From: an uncultured Oscillospiraceae bacterium
Lineage (GTDB): Bacteria > Bacillota > Clostridia > Saccharofermentanales > UBA5734
Direction of reading: 5' to 3'
Assembly (NCBI GenBank): GCA_963827665.1
Contig: CAWHBQ010000003.1
Span: 90,405 to 154,404 of the forward strand
DNA length: 64,000 nucleotides
Shown: positions 10,344 through 18,474 of the stretch, one piece after another
Layout: each line of letters begins with the position of its first letter
Numbering within the stretch: position 1 is the stretch's first letter
The notes under the pieces: model-generated
What the model was told of the DNA's origin: nothing
The model's input: only the letters and a program-made list of their open reading frames with translations
The model's database searches: none
Translations under genes and position numbers: made by a program

Positions 10344-10594
10344 ATTATTGCCTCCTTTCAACTGTGAACCGGGTGAAATAATTAATCGCTGTTCAGGTGA
10401 ATGGCCTGGACTTTGTTCCCTTCAAGCATAGCATGAATCGGCTGATTTGTAAAAAGAACAAAAGATTAAAATGTTATTATTCATCGAACGAAATGGTAAA
10501 AATTGCATCATTCCCGTGACAAAACAACTGACATTTGGGATAATGGGAGAAGATCATTGTCATCTTACTTTTGAAGACTCAGGAGGACCGTCCT

Positions 10595-11053
10595 ATGGCG
10601 AAATATTGTAACAAGTGCGGCAAGGAAATCGCAGACGATGCCCAGTTCTGCAACCACTGCGGGACCAAAGTGACAGCTGGTTCAAACAACAACCAGTGGG
10701 GAAATTTCAACTATCAGCAAACCGGTTCGAGCAATGCAAACGAAGCATTTTCAGTCGAAGATATCCAGGCCAATAAAGTCGTGTCCGGCCTGGCCTACTT
10801 CCTCTTCTTCCTGCCGCTGATCGTCTGTCCCGAATCCCGCTACGGGCGTTTTCACGCCAACCAGGGCCTCGTGTTGCTGATTGTCGGCGTTGTCGGCTCA
10901 ATCATCCTCGGCGTGATCCCGATCATCGGCTGGCTTATCGTTCCGTTTTTCTCGATTGCGGTGGTGGTCTATGCAGTCATGGGCCTGCTCAATGGCTTGA
11001 ACGGCCAGGCCAAAGAACTGCCTTATATCGGCAGGTGGCAGATTCTGAAGTGA
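10595..11053 (+). CDS. Zinc-ribbon membrane protein with a DUF4870-like C-terminus
   Basis: CNKCG...FCNHCG, then LAY, RFHANQGL and AKELPYIG; AGGAGG RBS. Confidence 0.85.
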   Translation: MAKYCNKCGKEIADDAQFCNHCGTKVTAGSNNNQWGNFNYQQTGSSNANEAFSVEDIQANKVVSGLAYFLFFLPLIVCPESRYGRFHANQGLVLLIVGVVGSIILGVIPIIGWLIVPFFSIAVVVYAVMGLLNGLNGQAKELPYIGRWQILK

Positions 11054-11110
11054 TCTGAGGTCATCTGAGGTTATCTAACGTCATCTGAAGTGACCTGTTG
11101 TGATCAAGGG
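11041..11110. repeat. Degenerate 10-bp tandem repeat, about 7 units, consensus near TNATCTGARG
   Basis: gattctgaag tgatctgagg tcatctgagg ttatctaacg tcatctgaag tgacctgttg tgatcaaggg. Confidence 0.75.
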
Positions 11111-11138
11111 AATTTTGAAGACAGCAGACGGATTCCAA

Positions 11139-12686
11139 TTAATCCGGGACAGCACCTTTAAATGCTGACAATTCATCAAATATTTTCCGGGCAAACAGAT
11201 AATGGGCATCTACAAGCGAGAGCTGGATGATGCTCATTATTTCATTTCGGACTAAAAGGTCGACCAGGGAACGTTCGTCCGGTCGCTTATCCTGCTCGTT
11301 CAAGAGAGCCTGGCGCGCTGGCATCACGATTTGCTGGTCGATCGGCCAGGGATTTGGCTGTGACATCGGCCAGGGACTTGACCCTGTGTCCTGGACATCA
11401 TACTTTTCGGCTTGATCAGCACTCGTATCGTCTTGATTCTCATTTGTAACGTTGAGATTCTCAATCGTGATGATTGGATTCTCATCTAAATCGGTGAGGC
11501 CCTCATTCGTGTCGCCAGGATCCGAGATGGAGTCGACGGATTGATCAGCCGTGCTGTTTTTTCCAGGCCTTTGCGCGAGCTTCCAGCTGACCTCGGTTTG
11601 ATCAAAAACATTCCTGGGGTAGAGATAAAAATGGTCATCATTTTCACGGACAACCAGGACCAACTGCCCCATTTTGATCAAGACTCCCGTCTGGGGCACG
11701 GATTCTGCTTCGTGGTCGAGCAAATAATAGTAGCGGCTGAGTAAGTCGACCAGACGAGGCTGCAGAATAGAGCAGCGCAGGCTGTATAGAATCTGCCAGT
11801 ATTTGAATCGTTTGCGGGCGAGAGCTGTGAGTGGATCAGCTGAAGGTGCAGCTTTAACTTCGAGCGGACGATCTGCAGATACTGATGGAACTTGCGTGCC
11901 CGTTCTATTTCGTTCACTACCCAGGCGCACGTCCACCCGTCTGCCGATCCCATCGTCAAGTTGGAGGGGCCGGATCTGCTCGAAATAACGGTTGATCACC
12001 GGCCAAAGACGTGCATCTTCAGTCGACACATCAAGCAGGTGAATCAGCATCACCAGGTTTTGCTGGAAGACCGGCTCGCTGCAAAGGGAGAAATATTCAA
12101 TCAGAAGATCCTCGGCAAATTGACCAGGCAGGTCCAGGTCATAGCGCTTCATGAGCTGGGCGCAGGTCATCTGAGTCAATTCAAACTGGGTCAGGTGCTG
12201 AATCAGGATTTTCTCGAGTTGCTCGGCGCGGCAAGTGTTTGTCAACGTCGCTTGCCCGATCATGCCAACAAAAGCTAATTGGATATCTTCGCGATGGACG
12301 GTGCGATGATGGCCTTCCCTATTTTCGCGGGCATAATTCAAGAGCAATTCGGCATACTCGAAACGGCCTGGTTCGGTTTGAAAGTAATGCCAAACCGGGC
12401 CTGCTAATCGTGATTTCAAGCGGAACTGGATCATCTTGAATGCGGTTGCCTGCAGGTCCGGATCTGATGCGTCTGCAACAAGGTCAAGCAGCGTCCCAAG
12501 CTGACTGGTCTTTATGGTGAAGGACAACGCTTTTTGAAGTGGTGATGGCAAATCATGAGCTCTGCGGACAAGGTTAATAATCGAATCAGCAGGTTGCCGA
12601 TTCGAATCGTGATCCTTTGCCTGAGCCGGTAGTTGATTGAGCTGGGCCAGAAGCTGGACCGGGGTATAGGCTGTGATCGTTTCCAT
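11139..12686 (-). CDS. Hypothetical protein, weakly ZorC/EH-signature-like
   Basis: 515-aa ORF starting 16 bp after the ZorA-like gene. The segment RFKYWQ...GVLIKMGQLVLVVRENDDHFYLYPRNVF resembles EH_Signature C-termini. The CDS is secure; the family call is tentative. Confidence 0.55.
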   Translation of the reverse strand: METITAYTPVQLLAQLNQLPAQAKDHDSNRQPADSIINLVRRAHDLPSPLQKALSFTIKTSQLGTLLDLVADASDPDLQATAFKMIQFRLKSRLAGPVWHYFQTEPGRFEYAELLLNYARENREGHHRTVHREDIQLAFVGMIGQATLTNTCRAEQLEKILIQHLTQFELTQMTCAQLMKRYDLDLPGQFAEDLLIEYFSLCSEPVFQQNLVMLIHLLDVSTEDARLWPVINRYFEQIRPLQLDDGIGRRVDVRLGSERNRTGTQVPSVSADRPLEVKAAPSADPLTALARKRFKYWQILYSLRCSILQPRLVDLLSRYYYLLDHEAESVPQTGVLIKMGQLVLVVRENDDHFYLYPRNVFDQTEVSWKLAQRPGKNSTADQSVDSISDPGDTNEGLTDLDENPIITIENLNVTNENQDDTSADQAEKYDVQDTGSSPWPMSQPNPWPIDQQIVMPARQALLNEQDKRPDERSLVDLLVRNEIMSIIQLSLVDAHYLFARKIFDELSAFKGAVPD

Positions 12687-12702
12687 CTTGATAGCCTGTC
12701 GA

Positions 12703-15309
12703 TCAGGTCGCGGAGTTATTGTCAGACAGGTACTTTGTCGTCATCAGATCTCGGGCACTGACGACCGCCGCAGGCAAGTCGTCAACGGCGTCGCTGATCA
12801 GCCTGATTGTGTCGGTAAGTTGACCAACAACATCAGCCAGACCTTTGTCAAACGATTCGAAGGTCATCTGTGTGCTGGACTTCATCTGCTCGCCAAACAA
12901 CTGGAGCGAACCGTCCATTGATTTATTAAGGCCGGAAATTTCACTGGCAATGTCACGGACGAGGAAACTCAGATCACGGACCTGGTCATCCAGCATGTTC
13001 ATCAGCTGGGTGGAGTCCTCGGACAGCCTGGTGACCATGGCCTGGTACTGTTCATCTGACTGAGTCAGCGAAGTGGTCGTCAAGTCCGTAAATTTCGAGA
13101 AAATATCGACCAAGTTGGATTGCAAGTCGTCCTGGACCTGGATAATCTGCTGATGCATCTGGTCAAAGTAGCCGCCGATCTGTTCTTCGACCTGGAGCTG
13201 GTCCTGCCTGAACCGGTTGGTTGATTCCTGGCTGGCCGAGAGCAGATCCTGCAAATTCGAAGCCAGCTCACTGGTGCGGATCAACGCATCGCCAAGCTGT
13301 TCGGTCCCTGACAAAAGCGACTGGTTGTAGCGTTCTGAGTTCGCCACGAGATTCTGTGACAGTTGTTCAGAGCTCGTCACCAGGGACTGGGTCAGCAGTT
13401 CGGTGCCGGAGACAATGGCCTGGTTCAAATCGACTTTGCTCGATGAATAGACCTGCGCCAACTGGTCTGCACCAGAGCTGAGCGCCAGATTCAATTGTTC
13501 GGTCCCGGTTTCGAAAGTCCGGCTTAACGTATCCGAACCTGAAGTGTACTTGAGGTTCAGTTCATCGGCAGCTGATGCAAAAGCCAGTTTCATTTCAACA
13601 GTGCTTGTTTCAAGGACTTGATTGAGCTTCTCCGCAATGGTTGTCAGCGCCTGGTTAAGTAGTCCTGTGCTTTCGTTGAGGCGGTCTGTACTATCGTTGA
13701 GCATGCCTGTACTTGTCGACAATGAGGTCGTCAGATTTTCGGCATTGGAGACCAGAGCCTGTTTGAAGTAATCAGCACTCGCAGTCAGGGCATCATTTAG
13801 CTTGTCCTGGTTGAGGTTAAATGCCTTTTCGATCTGGCCTGCGCCAAGCTGCATTGCCGAGCTGATCTGTTCAGAACCCTTCGAATATGACTGGTTGAGC
13901 TGATCGGAACCAGAAGTCAAGGACTGATTCAAGACCGCTCCACCGGTTGTAAAGATCTCGAGAAGCTGATCGCCGCCAGTGGTGAAGGTTTGGCTGAGCT
14001 TTTCCGTACCGATGTTGAAGGTCTGGCTGAGTTGCTCAGTACTGGTATTGAAGGTCTGGGTCAGTTGCTCAGTACTGGTATTGAAGGTCTGGGTCAGTTG
14101 CTCAGTACTGGTATTGAAGGTCCGGGCGAGCTGTTCTGAACTGGTGTTGACAGTCTGAGTCAGCTGATCTGTACCGGCGCTTAAAGTCTGCGTGAGCCGC
14201 TCTGAGCTGATGCTGAAAGTCTGGTTAAGGTTTTCGGCACTGCTGGCATAAATCTGGTCAAGTTTGGCGGAACTGTCAGTGATCGCCAGGCGTGAATCGG
14301 ACAAGCTCTTCAGGACGAGTTGGGCTGCTTCCTGAGACTGATTCTGCAAATTAGCTGATCGATCGAGTGAGTTGAGTAATTCCTGCAACCGTTTACTGCT
14401 TGACTCATGAAGGGTGTTCATCGTTTGAATCGATGTCGCCAGGTTCTCAAAATTCTGGCCCAGCAAGTGTTCTAGCTGGTTAGCGAAATGAGCGGCTAAT
14501 TTACCCATGCCTTGCTGCTGCAACTCGTTGAGGTTTTTAGTCGCTTGATCAAATGACTGACTCATATTCTGGCCCATCATTCGGATCGCCGGGACAAGTT
14601 GTTTTTGCAGGGAATCGCCAATATTTGCGCTCAGTTCAGGGCCCATACTTCTCATCTGGATCATCGTCTGGCGTTGTCCTTGCAGGATCTGATACTGAAG
14701 CTGGATCTCTCCGAAAACGGGGAAATGACGGGTCAGCATGTCCTGGAACTGTTCAATGACAACAGTCGCATGATGGATCACGAGCAGGTCAACCGTCTTG
14801 TACAGGGTGATCAGCAGGATGACCAGCATCGCATGCAAAACGGCTGTTGTAGCCGCTGCAGAAGGGTCCACTTCAAGCTGGACAAGGGTCGCGAGAAACG
14901 TTCCGCAGATGCCGATGACAATCATCAGGTAAAAAATCGGCGCAGCCCAGAATCTGCCTGGAGCTTGGGCAATAATCACGCGAGGTTCAAAAGACTGGCT
15001 TGGGTCGGCAATCGCCGATGGCTGTCCGGTCTGGTCATAGAGGATAGCCCGGTTGATCGGATGCATTAAAACGCCGACTTTACCGGAATTGACCAGATCG
15101 CGGAACAATTTCAGGTTTTCAACCGGATCTTTTTTCCAGAGCTGGGCAATTTCCTGCCGGGCTTGGCGAATTGAGCGGAATAACTTGCCTAAGCTGCCCA
15201 GGTCGCAGACCAACCAGCCAAGCAGCGCCAGGAAACCCAGCGCTGCCAGCGTGATGATCAATATCCATTGGACCGGCCATGATGCCATGAGTTCTGTCAC
15301 TTGTACCAT
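12703..15309 (-). CDS. ZorA-like (MotA/ExbB-related) 3-TM protein with a long apolipoprotein-like helical tail
   Basis: TM1 near the N-terminus, cytoplasmic loop, TM2 with IGICGTFL (ZorA/ExbB G-I/L-LGT motif), TM3, then about 680 aa of S/T/Q/L-rich helical repeats ending TFESFDKGL...VDDLP. Confidence 0.7.
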   Translation of the reverse strand: MVQVTELMASWPVQWILIITLAALGFLALLGWLVCDLGSLGKLFRSIRQARQEIAQLWKKDPVENLKLFRDLVNSGKVGVLMHPINRAILYDQTGQPSAIADPSQSFEPRVIIAQAPGRFWAAPIFYLMIVIGICGTFLATLVQLEVDPSAAATTAVLHAMLVILLITLYKTVDLLVIHHATVVIEQFQDMLTRHFPVFGEIQLQYQILQGQRQTMIQMRSMGPELSANIGDSLQKQLVPAIRMMGQNMSQSFDQATKNLNELQQQGMGKLAAHFANQLEHLLGQNFENLATSIQTMNTLHESSSKRLQELLNSLDRSANLQNQSQEAAQLVLKSLSDSRLAITDSSAKLDQIYASSAENLNQTFSISSERLTQTLSAGTDQLTQTVNTSSEQLARTFNTSTEQLTQTFNTSTEQLTQTFNTSTEQLSQTFNIGTEKLSQTFTTGGDQLLEIFTTGGAVLNQSLTSGSDQLNQSYSKGSEQISSAMQLGAGQIEKAFNLNQDKLNDALTASADYFKQALVSNAENLTTSLSTSTGMLNDSTDRLNESTGLLNQALTTIAEKLNQVLETSTVEMKLAFASAADELNLKYTSGSDTLSRTFETGTEQLNLALSSGADQLAQVYSSSKVDLNQAIVSGTELLTQSLVTSSEQLSQNLVANSERYNQSLLSGTEQLGDALIRTSELASNLQDLLSASQESTNRFRQDQLQVEEQIGGYFDQMHQQIIQVQDDLQSNLVDIFSKFTDLTTTSLTQSDEQYQAMVTRLSEDSTQLMNMLDDQVRDLSFLVRDIASEISGLNKSMDGSLQLFGEQMKSSTQMTFESFDKGLADVVGQLTDTIRLISDAVDDLPAAVVSARDLMTTKYLSDNNSAT
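14015..14146. repeat. 33-bp tandem repeat inside the ZorA-like gene, encoding TFNTSTEQLTQ units
   Basis: ttgaaggtctgggtcagttgctcagtactggta is identical at 14048 and 14081, with diverged copies at 14015 and 14114. Confidence 0.95.
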
Positions 15310-15334
15310 ACCGGCCTCCTGTTAACGGGTTGGA

Positions 15335-16174
15335 TTATTTGATGAATGGGTCAACTTTGCCATAGGTACCTGTCAATGTCCAGGCTTCATATGCATCGTC
15401 CTGTGCGGTCAATTTGGGGATTGCGTTGAAGACGAGGTCGATATTAAAGTCAAGTTGTCCGTTAGGAGCAGCAACCGCAATCGTCTCACCTGCTGGCCCT
15501 GTAACCGTCTGGTCTACAGGTTTCGAAACAGAAATATCTAGCTGCTTTACTTGAATAGATCGATTGAGTGCTTCCACTCTTTGAACGAAATCCATCATTT
15601 GAATATACGTCGCTGAAAACTGAATGTTCATATCCATTTTTTCAATTGAACGGATTGCATCCATGCTTTCTTTATTAATATCTTCTCCAGAGGTCTGTTG
15701 CTGATCCGAAGTAGCTTCCGAAACTTCAGATTTTCCATTTATAAGGTCCTTATAATCAGAGGCAATTTGTTTTAAGTCTTGAGATGCTGGAATATCATTT
15801 TGCGCGGAAGTCGAAGCAGGAGCAATTTCATATTGCTGTCCAAGCGTAAATGTTTCTGATCTGACTATAATAAGACTTTCATCATATATTTGATTCATGA
15901 CTAGCACTAACTGTTCTTGAATAATTGAGGGATAGTAGCGTTCTGTCTTCTTACTTATTTCTGTTGATAAATTATTTGCATTCTCCGTTGATTTTACTAA
16001 TTGGTCGATTGCTGCCATCGTTGTATCATATTGAACTTGCAGTTTTTGTCGTTTTACATCCAACTCATCATAATCACTCTTCATTGGCTGATAAATCAAA
16101 TAGTATGCTGAAGCCAGCAAAGCAACTATCAGCAGTCCAGCCAACATTACTTGCTCACGTTTACTAAGTTTCAT
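15335..16174 (-). CDS. pilO: Type IV pilus PilO-like alignment protein
   Basis: LSKREQVML, TM helix, coiled coil, ATYIQMMDFV...LNRSI; follows pilM-pilN. Confidence 0.8.
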   Translation of the reverse strand: MKLSKREQVMLAGLLIVALLASAYYLIYQPMKSDYDELDVKRQKLQVQYDTTMAAIDQLVKSTENANNLSTEISKKTERYYPSIIQEQLVLVMNQIYDESLIIVRSETFTLGQQYEIAPASTSAQNDIPASQDLKQIASDYKDLINGKSEVSEATSDQQQTSGEDINKESMDAIRSIEKMDMNIQFSATYIQMMDFVQRVEALNRSIQVKQLDISVSKPVDQTVTGPAGETIAVAAPNGQLDFNIDLVFNAIPKLTAQDDAYEAWTLTGTYGKVDPFIK

Positions 16175-16749
16175 TTAGTCAGCACCTCCTTCAGCATCGC
16201 ATTTATCACAATATTACGGTCGGTAGGAGCTGCATTAACAGTGTCACTATGAATCGCAGAATTTAAATCAACGGTTTTGAACAATCCGGTATCTTTAAGG
16301 TTCTTGATTAGTTCAGCATTTGCAGTTTCATTCGCTGAAAATGCTTCAAGCGACATTTGTCTTGAGTTCAAATTAAAAGATACTAAAGTGATATCTTTCG
16401 GTATGGTTAATGCAATTGTGTCCATAAAAGCTTTTTTAATCGGATCATGATTATAAAGGAATGCGTTGATTTGATTCAATGACTGGTCATATTGATTCAA
16501 TAAATTTAGTCTTTGATTTAACAAATCAACTTGCATTTTCCCTTGTTGATATTCTGGCGAAGCAATCTGAGCTTCAATTTTCACAATTTCATTTTTTACA
16601 CGATTATTCCGGACAGCCCAAAACCCGAATAGACCTACAACAAATAGTGCAACAACAGCAATTGTCGCAATGAGTACAAGGCCTGTGCTGGATTTGTTTT
16701 TTTTCGCGTTAGGATCTATGAAAAAATTAAGATCATTCATATAGCTCAC
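16171..16749 (-). CDS. pilN: Type IV pilus PilN protein
   Basis: DLNF N-terminus, TM helix, coiled coil, IPKDITL...LIKNLKDTGLF. Confidence 0.85.
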   Translation of the reverse strand: MSYMNDLNFFIDPNAKKNKSSTGLVLIATIAVVALFVVGLFGFWAVRNNRVKNEIVKIEAQIASPEYQQGKMQVDLLNQRLNLLNQYDQSLNQINAFLYNHDPIKKAFMDTIALTIPKDITLVSFNLNSRQMSLEAFSANETANAELIKNLKDTGLFKTVDLNSAIHSDTVNAAPTDRNIVINAMLKEVLTK

Positions 16750-16755
16750 CCCTCC

Positions 16756-17823
16756 TCAGTCATTCCGGAATAACGCTGCGCTTGAATTGGCGAAATTCAA
16801 TACATCATAAATCCCGACTTTAGCAGTTCCATGAATGGCTGCACAGTCAATGAGGTTGCGAACAGGAATTCCAAGTGTCTTTTCCATATTCTCGGCGAGT
16901 GCTCTAAGGTGTGCATTACCACCGTATAAGTAGACAATTTCCGGTCGCTTTTCTAACACACGGCCAGAGTAAAACTGAATGACAGTCTGAATCTCATTAG
17001 TCACCCGATTTACATAGGGTCGAACAATGTCATTAAGCCGTCTTGCCTCATCGCTAATAAAATCAACACGACTTAAATCACATAATTCTTGCTTTTTTTG
17101 CACTAGTGATGCTTCATTGATTTCTAACTGCCGGATTAACTCCGAATCCATATAGCCACTTCCATATGGAATCTGTCGTGTAAAAACAAGTTTTTGTGGA
17201 TCGAAGATGCCAATTTCAGTCAACTCTTGACCCAAGTCCACAAAAGCAGCAAGCTTCCAATTCCAACCAGTGTTTGTGTTTTGATTTAAAGCCAAATTGC
17301 GTTGAATCAGTTTGTTTATTGCATTTGCATGAATATCAAGGAAAAGCGGCTTTAATTTGCATTCCTTAAGTAGTGTGGCATATTCTTCGGCAAGCACATT
17401 GGGCATCGCAAAGACCCGGACCTTAATTTGCTTTCCGCCTGGAGTACTGATTGTTTCAAGTATAGTTACTCCGGTTCGGTAATCACGCGAAATATTCGGC
17501 AAGTACTGTTCCATGTCGAGAAGTACAAGGGGCAGAATATCGTCCTGTGGTACATCTGGAATACTCAATTCCCGGGTAATAACTTGAGTGCTCTTGACTG
17601 TAACAATAGCTTTGTTAACTTGAATATTACTTTCTTTGATGACACTATTTAACAAGAAAGATAAGCTACTACGGTCGAGGATTGCCCCTTCTTTGACAGC
17701 TCCACTGGGGGTGGGAACAATTATTGCAGTTTCAATGTCAACAACGCCACCCTTACTTGCACCAACGACTAAGTGGATGTTGCCTTTACCGATATCGATG
17801 GAAAGAACTTTGCCTAAACTCAT
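16756..17823 (-). CDS. pilM: Type IV pilus PilM (actin-like) protein
   Basis: LSIDIG, TPSGAVKEGAI, FVDLG, YLYGGNAHL. Confidence 0.92.
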   Translation of the reverse strand: MSLGKVLSIDIGKGNIHLVVGASKGGVVDIETAIIVPTPSGAVKEGAILDRSSLSFLLNSVIKESNIQVNKAIVTVKSTQVITRELSIPDVPQDDILPLVLLDMEQYLPNISRDYRTGVTILETISTPGGKQIKVRVFAMPNVLAEEYATLLKECKLKPLFLDIHANAINKLIQRNLALNQNTNTGWNWKLAAFVDLGQELTEIGIFDPQKLVFTRQIPYGSGYMDSELIRQLEINEASLVQKKQELCDLSRVDFISDEARRLNDIVRPYVNRVTNEIQTVIQFYSGRVLEKRPEIVYLYGGNAHLRALAENMEKTLGIPVRNLIDCAAIHGTAKVGIYDVLNFANSSAALFRND

Positions 17824-17921
17824 CTAGTCACCTTCTTCTTTCGGATTTATAATCGTGAAATTGATTATGTTCAGTTATACAAATTCAACAATTAACTTAA
17901 TGATTATTCCATATTTTACAT

Positions 17922-18443
17922 TTATGATGAAGGACTTTTATATTCGATAACTTGACCTGTAGCAGCAGGAAGCGCCTGTTTAATGTTGTTCAGGAAAACG
18001 CTTGTGGTAACCTCATATGTTTCATCTTTTATTGTCCCACTAATAACAAAATTGACTGAGGTTTTATTGATGTATGGTTCAATTGTATACAATAGATCAG
18101 GATCTAATACTGTTGCTGAATGAGCACTACAAGGGGATCCATCTCCTTTACCAAACATTAGAGTACCACTATCATCAATATAAAGATATTTATAATTAGT
18201 GTTGTCAAATACCACAGTATGGTAATCTGAATACAAACTAATACTTGTCGCATATCTCAGTTCATCTGAAATGAAATCTGAAGCTAATCGAACTTCAGAT
18301 TGGATATCAAACCGATCCTCTCCCCTGTTAAAAATCCGATCACCGAATTGCAGGAACGTGAAGACCATTAAAGAAACCACTACAAGTAGCGCTACGGCCA
18401 AAACTACTTCGATCAATGTCAGTCCGCGTCTCTTTTGTATCAT
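17922..18443 (-). CDS. Minor pilin (PilW-like)
   Basis: Class III signal KRRG|LTLIEVVL. Confidence 0.88.
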   Translation of the reverse strand: MIQKRRGLTLIEVVLAVALLVVVSLMVFTFLQFGDRIFNRGEDRFDIQSEVRLASDFISDELRYATSISLYSDYHTVVFDNTNYKYLYIDDSGTLMFGKGDGSPCSAHSATVLDPDLLYTIEPYINKTSVNFVISGTIKDETYEVTTSVFLNNIKQALPAATGQVIEYKSPSS

Positions 18444-18474
18444 TCGAAAACCTCAGAGGAAAATGATATTTCAG

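Noticed and set aside
14015-14146. 33-bp repeats as a CRISPR array
   Set aside because: Head-to-tail with no spacers, in frame within a CDS, and no cas genes in the window.
12703-15309. Methyl-accepting chemotaxis protein or phage tape measure protein
   Set aside because: No MCP signalling hairpin motif and no phage context; the TM layout and GTF motif fit ZorA/ExbB better.
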